Shown in pieces: positions 1 through 7,976 of a stretch of 64,000 nt of DNA. The notes under the pieces are model-generated. The model had not been told where the DNA came from. It did no database searches and worked only from the letters and a program-made list of their open reading frames with translations. Location: contig DASUVX010000031.1 of NCBI GenBank assembly GCA_036378735.1, forward strand, positions 9,856 to 73,855, given 5' to 3'. Position 1 is the first letter of the stretch. Each line of letters opens with the position of its first letter. Source of the stretch: Pseudonocardiaceae bacterium (GTDB taxonomy: Bacteria; Actinomycetota; Actinomycetes; Mycobacteriales; Pseudonocardiaceae). A program made the translations under genes and the position numbers.

Positions 1-36
1 CAGCGCCACCCCGGAGGCGACCAGGATGGTGCTCAC
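1..36 (-). CDS. mraY: MraY (phospho-N-acetylmuramoyl-pentapeptide transferase), first 12 codons only; the gene runs off the window
   Basis: The reverse strand reads GTG AGC ACC ATC CTG GTC GCC TCC GGG GTG GCG CTG (VSTILVASGVAL, hydrophobic). The GTG overlaps the murF stop as GTGA. The position after murF fits dcw order. The fragment is too short to verify by sequence. Confidence 0.4.
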   Translation of the reverse strand, partial: MSTILVASGVAL

Positions 37-1481
37 CTGCCGCTCCCACCCAGCAGTGCTTCGGCGATGCGTTCCAAGCCGAACGACCGGGACGCCTTGA
101 TCAACACCACGTCACCGGCGGCGAGCTCGCCGGACAGCAGATCCAGTGCCGCGGGCACGTCAGGCACCAGCGTGGAGCCCGGCGCGGCGAGGTGCAGCTG
201 CTCGGCCTGCTCCCCCACCACGATGAGCCGCTCGACTCCCAGCCGCGCGGTGAGCGCCCCGATGTCACGGTAGGCCCGCGCCGCTGCCTCGCCGAGCTCG
301 GCGAGCGGGCCGAGCACCGCCCAGCTGCGCCGATGGGCGCCGGCAAGCACGACCAAGGTGCGCAACGCGGCGGCGACCGATTCGGGGTTGGCGTTGTAGG
401 CGTCGTTGACCACGGTCACCCCGTCGGGACGGTCATTGACCTCCATCCGCCAGCGTGACGCCGGGCGGTAGCAGTTGAGCACCGTGGCCGTGGCGTCTGG
501 CGTGGCGCCCAGTTCCACGGCTACCGCAGCGGCGGCCAGCGCGTTGCACACCTGATGCTCGCCCGGCACCCCGAGCCGGACCGGGGCCTCCCCGATGGGG
601 GTGACCAGGCGAAACGACGGGCAGCCGCGGTCGTCTAGCGCAACGTCGGCGGCACGAACCTGGGCCCGCGACGACCGCCCGAAGCGCACCACTCGTGCCG
701 CAGTGCGCCGGTCCATCGCGGAGACCGCAGGGTCGTCGGCGTTGAGCACCGCGACCCCAGCCGGCGGCAGCTCCTCGACCAGCTCCCCCTTGGCGGTGGC
801 GATCGCCTCCCGGGAGCCGAATTCAGCGAGGTGCGCCGAGCCGACGTTGAGTACCACCCCGATCGACGGCGGCGCCACCCGGCACAGTGCGCGGATCTGA
901 CCGGGCCCCCGCGCGGAGAGTTCCAGGATCAGGTGCCGGGTGGTCCGGTCGGCCCGCAGCGCGGTCCACGGGTGGCCGACCTCGTTGTTGAACGACCCCG
1001 GCGGGGCCACCGTCGCGCCCAGCGGGGCGAGCAACGCGGCCACCATGTCCTTGGTGGACGTCTTGCCCGACGAACCGGTCAAGGCCACCACCCGCAGGCC
1101 GGATTGGCTCAGCGTGTGCACCACCGACCGCGCCAGCGCAGCCAGCGCAGCGAGCACTGCGGCGCCCAAGCCATCAGTGTCCGCGGCCAGCGCGTAGGCA
1201 CCTGACCCGGGGGCAGCTCGATGCGCATCGGCCCGCGGGGCGAGCACCGCGGCGGCATCGACAGCTCGCCCGGCCAGTACCCCGGCGGCGCCCGCGGCCA
1301 TTGCCGCGGTCGCGAAGTCATGCCCGTCGACCCGCTCGCCCGGCAACGCGACGAACAATCCACCGGGCTGGACGCGGCGGGAGTCGAACTCGACGCCGCC
1401 CGTGATCATCTCGGTTCCTGAGCAGCTGTGCAGGACGCCGCCTACCGCGTCGGCCACCTCGGCCAGGGTGAGCTCAATCAT
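33..1481 (-). CDS. murF: UDP-N-acetylmuramoyl-tripeptide--D-alanyl-D-alanine ligase
   Basis: 482-aa ORF with the Mur ligase P-loop GSSGKTSTKD. It lies between murE and mraY, and its start overlaps the murE stop. Confidence 0.93.
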   Translation of the reverse strand: MIELTLAEVADAVGGVLHSCSGTEMITGGVEFDSRRVQPGGLFVALPGERVDGHDFATAAMAAGAAGVLAGRAVDAAAVLAPRADAHRAAPGSGAYALAADTDGLGAAVLAALAALARSVVHTLSQSGLRVVALTGSSGKTSTKDMVAALLAPLGATVAPPGSFNNEVGHPWTALRADRTTRHLILELSARGPGQIRALCRVAPPSIGVVLNVGSAHLAEFGSREAIATAKGELVEELPPAGVAVLNADDPAVSAMDRRTAARVVRFGRSSRAQVRAADVALDDRGCPSFRLVTPIGEAPVRLGVPGEHQVCNALAAAAVAVELGATPDATATVLNCYRPASRWRMEVNDRPDGVTVVNDAYNANPESVAAALRTLVVLAGAHRRSWAVLGPLAELGEAAARAYRDIGALTARLGVERLIVVGEQAEQLHLAAPGSTLVPDVPAALDLLSGELAAGDVVLIKASRSFGLERIAEALLGGSGR

Positions 1482-3031
1482 GGCTGGCTCACAGTGCGCT
1501 CATCGAGCACGCCGGCGAGTACGTCCGCGTCCGCGAACGGATGCTTGACGCCGTGCACCTCCTGCCCGGTCTCGTGACCCTTGCCGGCAACGATGACCCC
1601 GTCACCGCTGCGGGCCTGGGCCACTGCATATGCGATGGCAGCCGCTCGATCGGGGATTTCCACCACCTCTGCGCGACCTACGTGCGTCCCGGAGAGCATG
1701 GCAGCGCGGATCGCAGCGGGATCCTCGGTCCGCGGGTTGTCGTCGGTGACCACCAGCAGATCGGCCCGGCGGGCAGCTTCGGCACCCATCATCGGACGCT
1801 TGCCGGCGTCCCGGTCTCCACCACAGCCCAGTACTACCAGCAGCCGTCCCGGCACCTGGGCCCGCACCGCATCAAGCAGCGCGGCCACCGCAGCGGGCTT
1901 GTGCGCGTAGTCGACCAGGGCGAGGAAGTCCTGGCCGCGGCGCACCCGCTGCATCCGCCCGGGCACCTCGGCGGTGCCGATACCTCGCGCGAGCAGCACC
2001 GGATCGGCCCCCGCGGCGTGCCCGGCCGCCAGCGCGAGCAGCGCATTGGTGACGTTGAATTCGCCGGGCAGGCGCACGGTCACAGCGATGCTGCGCCCGC
2101 CGGGACCCACCGCGCGGAAAGTCTGGCTACCGGACTGATGACCATGGATGTCCGTGGCGCGCCAGGTGGCGTCACCGCTGCGTGACACGGTGGTCGTTGC
2201 GCCGGTGACCAACCGGCGGCCCCAGGCGTCGTCCACGCAGACCACCTCGGCTACGGCCCGGCCGTCGAACAGCAGCGCCTTGGCTGCGAAGTAGTCCTCC
2301 AGGTCGGCGTGGAAATCCAGGTGATCCTGGGACAGGTTGGTGAAGGCACCGACCGCGAAGGCAGTGCCGGTCACCCGGCCTAGCGCCAGCGAATGGCTGG
2401 ACACCTCCATGGGCACGTGCGTGACCCCGCGTTCGTGCATCAGGGCCAGCAGCGCCTGCAGATCCGGGGCCTCCGGCGTGGTGAACTCGCTAGGCAGCAG
2501 TGACTCGCCGATCCGTGCCTGCACCGTGCCGAGCAGGCCGGTCTGCGCGCCTGCCGCACGTAATCCCGCCTCCAGCAAGTGTGCCGTGGTGGTCTTTCCG
2601 GCGGTGCCGGTGATCCCGACCACCGCCAGCCGGGTTGACGGGTCACCGTAGACGTGGGCGGACAGCGCGCCCACCACTGACCGGGGGTCCGGGTGCACCA
2701 GCACCGGCACGGTCGGGCTGGCGCCTGCCAGGTGGCGCACACCTGGCGGATCGGTGAGCACCGCGACCGCGCCTGCGCGCACCGCGAGCTCGGCGAAGTC
2801 GGCTCCGTGCGGGCGTCCCGGGGCCAGGCTGGGTAGCGCCACGAACAGGTCGCCGGGCAACGTCCGTTGGGCGCGCAGGGTGACCCCCCCGACGAGGGTT
2901 GGGCCGGGGGGCCGATCGGTGCTCGGGGCAGTCGCGCCGGCCAGCGCAGCGAGCACGGTCAGCGGGGTCGGCGCGGTGCGCGACGGCCGCAGCGGCGTCT
3001 CGGCCAACGAGCGAGTCACAAGAGCAGTCAC
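1478..3031 (-). CDS. murE: UDP-N-acetylmuramoyl-L-alanyl-D-glutamate--2,6-diaminopimelate ligase
   Basis: 517-aa ORF with the Mur ligase P-loop GITGTAGKTTT, in the dcw position. Confidence 0.93.
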   Translation of the reverse strand: MTALVTRSLAETPLRPSRTAPTPLTVLAALAGATAPSTDRPPGPTLVGGVTLRAQRTLPGDLFVALPSLAPGRPHGADFAELAVRAGAVAVLTDPPGVRHLAGASPTVPVLVHPDPRSVVGALSAHVYGDPSTRLAVVGITGTAGKTTTAHLLEAGLRAAGAQTGLLGTVQARIGESLLPSEFTTPEAPDLQALLALMHERGVTHVPMEVSSHSLALGRVTGTAFAVGAFTNLSQDHLDFHADLEDYFAAKALLFDGRAVAEVVCVDDAWGRRLVTGATTTVSRSGDATWRATDIHGHQSGSQTFRAVGPGGRSIAVTVRLPGEFNVTNALLALAAGHAAGADPVLLARGIGTAEVPGRMQRVRRGQDFLALVDYAHKPAAVAALLDAVRAQVPGRLLVVLGCGGDRDAGKRPMMGAEAARRADLLVVTDDNPRTEDPAAIRAAMLSGTHVGRAEVVEIPDRAAAIAYAVAQARSGDGVIVAGKGHETGQEVHGVKHPFADADVLAGVLDERTVSQP

Positions 3032-3159
3032 GATCCGGGGTCGGGTACGCGTGGAGCTGACGCCCAGCGCGCACGAAGGCTACCGGCGTCGTACTTGGAG
3101 ATCGGTACAGGCCCGGTGCCGGCGTCCGATCGCCAGCGTCCGCCGATCAGCAACCGCAG

Positions 3160-4992
3160 TTACGGCAGGGTGAGAATGGCCGGTGGACTGGGCGCCGCAG
3201 ACAGCGGGATCTGGTAGCGCCCCGCCAGGTAGGACGCGATCTGGTGGAACAGCGGGGCGGCGCTGCCGACCGCGGGATCATCGAGCATGATCCCGACCAC
3301 GAAGCGCGGCGAATCGGCGGGCAGGATCCCGGCGAAGGTGATCCAGTAGTTCGAGTTGCTGTAGCAGCCGCAACCGGGATTGACCTGCTGCGCGGTGCCG
3401 CTCTTGCCCGCGATCTGGTAGCCGTCCAGCGCCGCCTCCGGGGCGGTGCCGCGCTGTCCCGGCTCGTTCTGCACGACGGCGCGCAGCATGTCCCGCACCG
3501 TACGAGAGGTCTGCGGGCTGACCACCCGGATCCCGGCTGGGCGCGGGGTCGCGGTCCGGGTGCCATCCGGCGCGATCTCCGCGCTGACGATGCGCGGTGG
3601 GATGCGGACCCCATCGTTGGCGATTGCCTGGTACATGCCGGCCATCTGCAACACGGTCATCGACAGACCTTGACCGATGGGCAGGTTGGCGAACGTGCTG
3701 CCGGACCACTGGTCGCGAGGCGGCACCCGACCGGCGCTCTCCCCCGGCAGCCCGACGCCGGTGCGCTGACCCAGGCCCATTCGGTTGAGCATGTCCACGA
3801 ACCGGTCTGCGCCGACGCGTTGCGCGGTGAGCAGTGTGCCGACGTTGGACGAGCGGGCCAGCACTCCAGTGAACGTGAGGTTGAGAATGCCGTGCGGCCA
3901 CGCGTCACGGACTGTCCGGTCCGCGATGTGCAGTTCGCCGGGCACGTGTAATGGGGTGTCGGGCCCGACGACGCCGCTTTCGATCCCGGCGGCGGCCGTC
4001 AGGACCTTGTTCACCGAGCCTGGTTCGTAGGGCGCGGAGACCGCCGGGTTGCCCAGCGTTTCCGGGGTCGCGGACTCGAGGTTGTTCGGGTCGAAGGTGG
4101 AGTCGTTGGCCATCGCGTACACCTCGCCGGTGCGTGCTTCGAGGACGACCGCGCTGGCGCCTTTGGCGCGGTACTTATGCGCGTAGTCGCGCAGCATCTG
4201 GGCCACGGTGAACTGCAGGTCGGAGTCGAGGGTGAGCTCCAGTCCAGAACCGGGAACGGGCGGTCGCTCGGCGCGCTCACTGCCCGGGATGACCGCGTCG
4301 GAGCCCTCCGCGGTATCCACCACCCGCCGGCCGTCCCGGCCGGCCAGCAGGGTGTCGTCGTAGCTCTCCAGGCCCACCAGGCCACGGACTTTGCGCTCGT
4401 CGGCCCGCCAGTTCGCCACTCCCAGGACGTTGGAGGCCAGCTCGCCGCCCGGGTATTGCCGGATCTCCCGGTGCTCCGCGCTGATCTCCGGGAAGTCCTG
4501 CTGGATCGCTCTGGCTTGGGCCGGCGTCACCAGCGGCGCCAGCAGCACGGTCTTGCGGTCGCTGCGCAGCTGGCTCAGGATCTCCTGCTCCGAGACCGGG
4601 GGCCCGAGCACCTGAGCGACCCGCCGGGCCATCGCCTGCTTGTGCACGTCCGGGTCGGCCCGGATCGCCCGCTGCTCGGCGGTGATCCGGTTGGGTTGGG
4701 CGTACAGCGCTTTGGCTGCCACGCTGAATGCCAACGGGGTGCCGTTGCGGTCAGTGATCGTGCCCCGCTGCGCCGGAAGCAGCTGCACGGTGGTGCGCTG
4801 CTTGGAAGCCTGCGCCGACAGCGCAGCCGCCTGCAGCCCCTGCACCGCAGCCAATTTGACGCCGGCGGCGACGAGTGCGGCGACGAGCACCACCCGACCC
4901 AGTCCCAGCCGGGTGCGCAGCCCGACTGTTGCGGAGCGGGCCCGGCGGTGCCGGGCCGGTCCGGTGGTCCGGCGGATCGTCGCGGTGCTCAT
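3160..4992 (-). CDS. ftsI: Class B penicillin-binding protein, division transpeptidase FtsI
   Basis: 610 aa with an N-terminal TM segment. Motifs are SVNK (SxxK), SSN and KSGT. The ATG overlaps the stop of the upstream ftsL-like gene. Confidence 0.9.
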   Translation of the reverse strand: MSTATIRRTTGPARHRRARSATVGLRTRLGLGRVVLVAALVAAGVKLAAVQGLQAAALSAQASKQRTTVQLLPAQRGTITDRNGTPLAFSVAAKALYAQPNRITAEQRAIRADPDVHKQAMARRVAQVLGPPVSEQEILSQLRSDRKTVLLAPLVTPAQARAIQQDFPEISAEHREIRQYPGGELASNVLGVANWRADERKVRGLVGLESYDDTLLAGRDGRRVVDTAEGSDAVIPGSERAERPPVPGSGLELTLDSDLQFTVAQMLRDYAHKYRAKGASAVVLEARTGEVYAMANDSTFDPNNLESATPETLGNPAVSAPYEPGSVNKVLTAAAGIESGVVGPDTPLHVPGELHIADRTVRDAWPHGILNLTFTGVLARSSNVGTLLTAQRVGADRFVDMLNRMGLGQRTGVGLPGESAGRVPPRDQWSGSTFANLPIGQGLSMTVLQMAGMYQAIANDGVRIPPRIVSAEIAPDGTRTATPRPAGIRVVSPQTSRTVRDMLRAVVQNEPGQRGTAPEAALDGYQIAGKSGTAQQVNPGCGCYSNSNYWITFAGILPADSPRFVVGIMLDDPAVGSAAPLFHQIASYLAGRYQIPLSAAPSPPAILTLP

Positions 4993-5768
4993 CAGGTCCG
5001 GCCCGGCGAGCTAGGCGCTGGCGGAGCCGGGCCAGTTACCGGCGGCACGGATACGCCGGCCAGCGGTGGGACTTGCGCTGCTGGCGGTGGGACTTGCGGT
5101 GCTGGCGGTGGAATGACCGGCTGCGGCGGGGTAGGTCCCGCCTGCGGCGGGGTAGGTCCCGCCTGCGGCGGGGGTAGGGCTGCCTGCGGCGGGGGTGGGA
5201 CTGCCTGCGGCGGGGCTGGTGTTGCCTGCGGCGGGGCCGGTATCACCGGCGGCGCGGGTGGCGGGGCGGGGGCGGTGGCTCGCCGCGGCTGACCGATCAG
5301 TACGACACCACCATCGGGTCGGACGACCAGCCGGGCCGCATCCCCGGCCGGCACCATGCCCAGCTCCCTGGCTCGGCGAGCCAGCTCGGGCGCGGTCTCC
5401 AGGGTGGCTACCTGGCGGCTCAAACTCTCCGATCGCTCGGTCAACTGCCTGGCCACCTTTCGGGCGTTCTGCAGGTGGTAGGAGTCAGCGGTAGCCGCTG
5501 TGGACAACCACAGCGTGGCTACCAGCGTCACGGCCAGCAGAGCCATCACCAACATCACGAACGGGGTGCGGCCGGTGTCCGCGCTGCCGGGACCAGCGGG
5601 GCGCACCGCAGTGCGCTGAGCCCGCCGGGCGTAAGCGCGCGCGACAGCCGGAGATCGCCCGCGCTGCGATGCCGGATCCCGGCCACCACTGGGCACCGGG
5701 TCCCGGCGGCGGGCCGGTGCGGTCGTCCTGCCACGCGTCGAGGTCGCGGTCCGGGCGGGAGCAGTCAT
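4992..5768 (-). CDS. ftsL: FtsL-like septation membrane protein with a proline-rich C-terminal tail
   Basis: 258 aa with a basic N-terminus, one TM helix ([19 protein letters not shown]) and a coiled segment, followed by PPQA heptad repeats. It lies between rsmH and ftsI, as in mycobacterial dcw clusters. ATGA overlap with the rsmH stop. Confidence 0.7.
   Translation of the reverse strand: MTAPARTATSTRGRTTAPARRRDPVPSGGRDPASQRGRSPAVARAYARRAQRTAVRPAGPGSADTGRTPFVMLVMALLAVTLVATLWLSTAATADSYHLQNARKVARQLTERSESLSRQVATLETAPELARRARELGMVPAGDAARLVVRPDGGVVLIGQPRRATAPAPPPAPPVIPAPPQATPAPPQAVPPPPQAALPPPQAGPTPPQAGPTPPQPVIPPPAPQVPPPAAQVPPLAGVSVPPVTGPAPPAPSSPGRT
5062..5271 (-). repeat. About ten tandem 21-bp units inside the ftsL-like CDS, encoding heptads such as PTPPQAG
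   Basis: Read directly: ggcggtgggacttgcgctgct / ggcggtgggacttgcggtgct / ... / ggcggggtaggtcccgcctgc (x2, identical) / ggcgggggtgggactgcctgc and so on. Confidence 0.75.
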
Positions 5769-6754
5769 GAGGCCGACCCCAGCCGGCCGGATCCAGGCTG
5801 ATCAGGCGCGGCGATGCGCTGCACAGCACGCAGCCGTACGGACGCTGCGCGCGGATTGGCGGCGATCTCGGCCTGGCCGGCCCGCTCGGCGCCGCGGGTC
5901 AACGCGGCCAGCTGCGGTCCGTGCCCCGGCAGCTCGACCGGCAGGCCGGCCGGGGTGCGGGAGGTGCTCAGCGCGGCCAGCGCCCGCTTGACGATCCGGT
6001 CCTCCAGCGAGTGGTAGGACATCGCCACCAACCGGCCACCGACCGCCAGCGCATGCAGCGCCGCGGGCACTGCCGAGTGCAGCGCTGCCAGCTCGCCGTT
6101 GACCTCGATCCGCAACGCCTGGAAGGTGCGCTTGGCCGGGTGGCCCCCGTGCCGGCGAGTCGCTGCGGGGACATTCTGGTAGACCACGTCAACCAGTTGA
6201 GCGGTGGTCTCGAAGGGCTGCCGGGCCCGCTGCGCCACGACCGCGGCGGCTATCCGGCCGGCGAAGCGCTCCTCCCCGTACTCCCGCAGTACCCGACGCA
6301 GATCACCTTCCGGATAGCCGTTGAGTACGTCGGCGGCAGTCGGTCCCGCGGTGGGATCCATGCGCATGTCCAGCACGGCATCGCGGGCATAGGAGAAGCC
6401 ACGTTCGGCCGTGTCGAGCTGCAGCGAGGACACGCCCAGGTCGAACAGCACGCCGTCGACGTGCGGGATCTCGAATCGGCGCAAAATCCGCGGTAGCTCG
6501 TCGTAAACGGCGTGCACCAGATGCACCCGCTCGGCGTAGGAGCGCAGCCGATCGCCGGCCACGCCGAGCGCTTGCTGGTCGCGGTCGATGCCGATCAGGG
6601 TGAGCGCCGGATGGGCGCCGAGTAGCGCCGCCGCGTGGCCACCGAGACCCACCGTGGCGTCGACCATCACGGCTGGGCGGTTCGCCAGCGCAGGCTCGAG
6701 CAGCTCGAGGGATCGGCGCAGCAGGACAGGGGCGTGCTGGAGTGACCCGGCCAT
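5765..6754 (-). CDS. rsmH: 16S rRNA (cytosine1402-N4)-methyltransferase RsmH/MraW
   Basis: Motifs [10 protein letters not shown] and [11 protein letters not shown]. The start was moved to ATG 6754 ([12 protein letters not shown]). The 30 upstream codons of the track ORF run into the repeat region. Confidence 0.9.
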   Translation of the reverse strand: MAGSLQHAPVLLRRSLELLEPALANRPAVMVDATVGLGGHAAALLGAHPALTLIGIDRDQQALGVAGDRLRSYAERVHLVHAVYDELPRILRRFEIPHVDGVLFDLGVSSLQLDTAERGFSYARDAVLDMRMDPTAGPTAADVLNGYPEGDLRRVLREYGEERFAGRIAAAVVAQRARQPFETTAQLVDVVYQNVPAATRRHGGHPAKRTFQALRIEVNGELAALHSAVPAALHALAVGGRLVAMSYHSLEDRIVKRALAALSTSRTPAGLPVELPGHGPQLAALTRGAERAGQAEIAANPRAASVRLRAVQRIAAPDQPGSGRLGSAS

Positions 6755-6791
6755 CACCAGCCTCCCTCCGCTCACACCCACCTCTTTCCCC

Positions 6792-6851
6792 CACACCCCG
6801 ACATGCCCCCCACACCCCTGACATGCCCCCCACACCCCCGACATGGAGCCA
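6792..6851. repeat. Three tandem ~20-bp units (cacacccc[g/t]gacatgcccccc), each repeating the left tip of the adjacent palindromic element
   Basis: Read directly at 6792-6851. The last unit continues into palindrome copy 1. Confidence 0.7.
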
Positions 6852-6902
6852 TATCGGGGTCATCGCGTACGCGCTTACCCCGATATGGCTCCATGTCGGG
6901 GT
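6835..6902. repeat. Palindromic element, copy 1 (26-nt arms, 16-nt spacer)
   Basis: Left arm CCCCCGACATGGAGCCATATCGGGGT (6835-6860), spacer catcgcgtacgcgctt, right arm ACCCCGATATGGCTCCATGTCGGGGT (6877-6902). 25 of 26 positions are complementary. Confidence 0.9.
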
Positions 6903-7045
6903 AAGCGGACTCGGTGCCGCCAGGTCTCCGCCCGGACCAGATTCCTGGCGCCGGGGAAGGTGCGTCAGGGCTGGGCCGTCCGTGTTGCTGGGCGTTTTAG
7001 GTATCCGCGGGATGCAGCTCCGGACGGAGACCTCGCGTCACCGGG

Positions 7046-7477
7046 TCACATCACCCCGGGCAGCACCTCCTCCTGCGCCTGGGCGTAGGACTCCTCGTGC
7101 TCCTCCAGGTAGCGCTGCCAGGCGGCGCTGTCCCAGATCTCCAAACGGTTGATCGCGCCGATCACCGCGCAGTCCTTGGTCAGCCCGGCGTAGCGGCGCA
7201 GCTCCGCGGCGATCGCGATCCGGCCCTGCCCGTCCGGGCGCTGTTCGTCGGTGCCGGCGAACAGGTAACGCTGGTAAGCCCGAACCGCCTCATTGGTGAA
7301 CGGCGCCTGCGCCACCTTGCGGGCCATCTGCTCGAACTCGGCACGGGGAAAGACATAGAGGCAGTGGTCCTGTCCCTTGGTGACCATCAACCCCCCTGCG
7401 AGCGCGTCGCGGAACTTTGCCGGCAGCGTCAACCGCCCCTTGTCGTCGAGCCGGGGTGTGTGCGTGCCCAGGAACAC
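7046..7477 (-). CDS. mraZ: Division/cell wall cluster transcriptional regulator MraZ
   Basis: N-terminus [22 protein letters not shown] and a second SpoVT/AbrB-like half ([13 protein letters not shown]). GTG 7477 lies 9 nt after the SD GGAGAGG. GTG 7483 is the alternative start. Confidence 0.9.
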   Translation of the reverse strand: MFLGTHTPRLDDKGRLTLPAKFRDALAGGLMVTKGQDHCLYVFPRAEFEQMARKVAQAPFTNEAVRAYQRYLFAGTDEQRPDGQGRIAIAAELRRYAGLTKDCAVIGAINRLEIWDSAAWQRYLEEHEESYAQAQEEVLPGVM

Positions 7478-7525
7478 GGCCACCCGCCTCTCCGCATCCG
7501 GCGGACCGGTCGTGAAGCACCCTTA

Positions 7526-7565
7526 TGCTCCACAGAGACCCACAGTACCCCACTTTACGCCACTG
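7526..7565 (-). promoter_or_regulatory. Candidate MraZ operator: four direct (A/T)GTGG repeats with exact 10-bp phasing
   Basis: The minus strand reads AGTGGCGTAA AGTGGGGTAC TGTGGGTCTC TGTGGAGCAT, about 50-90 nt upstream of the mraZ start. It resembles the phased TGGGN direct repeats bound by E. coli MraZ. Confidence 0.55.
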
Positions 7566-7976
7566 TCAACGTACGAGCACCCTCCGTGTTCGTTCATATT
7601 CGGCATCACACCAGTTCAGAGGTGGTGGGAGAGGGTGGGGCGAGCACCGACGCGGGGACACCGTTACACCCTGGGAAGACCTTCGAACGCTCCTGGGGAG
7701 ATCCCCGCCCGCCCAGCCGGACCGGCCGCAATGCCGTCAGCAAGATCGTCAAGATAGGAGGTGGGAGAAAGTGGAGGGCTCGGCCACCGTCGATCCGCCG
7801 GCAACACAGCGATTTGAGCGAACCGCACGCCGGCAGCCGGATGCTCGTCGTTGTTCGGAGGTGGGAACGCCTTCCCCGCCGGGTTGGCGTTGCGCCACGG
7901 TTTGACAGACTCGGCCCGGCGCTGGCGGTTCACCGGTCTCATGCACCAGCGACCCGCGAGACGGTCAGGAGGTGGC

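Noticed and set aside
6755-6844. N-terminal extensions of rsmH, truB (40232-40645), the YcaQ-like gene (31939-32457) and the DUF4439 gene (48017-48115) that translate the repeat as PDMETYRG...DMSPCRG.
   Set aside because: The same peptide appears in four unrelated proteins in both orientations because it is a DNA palindrome. Canonical N-termini with good SD spacing lie downstream of each copy.
7771-7905. A 44-codon ORF with a strong SD (AGGAGGTGGGAGAAA-GTG) in the mraZ/moxR control region.
   Set aside because: By hand count only 27 of 44 codons end in G/C, far below the neighbouring genes. The peptide has no recognisable features. The SD-like string is part of the GTGGG repeat pattern.
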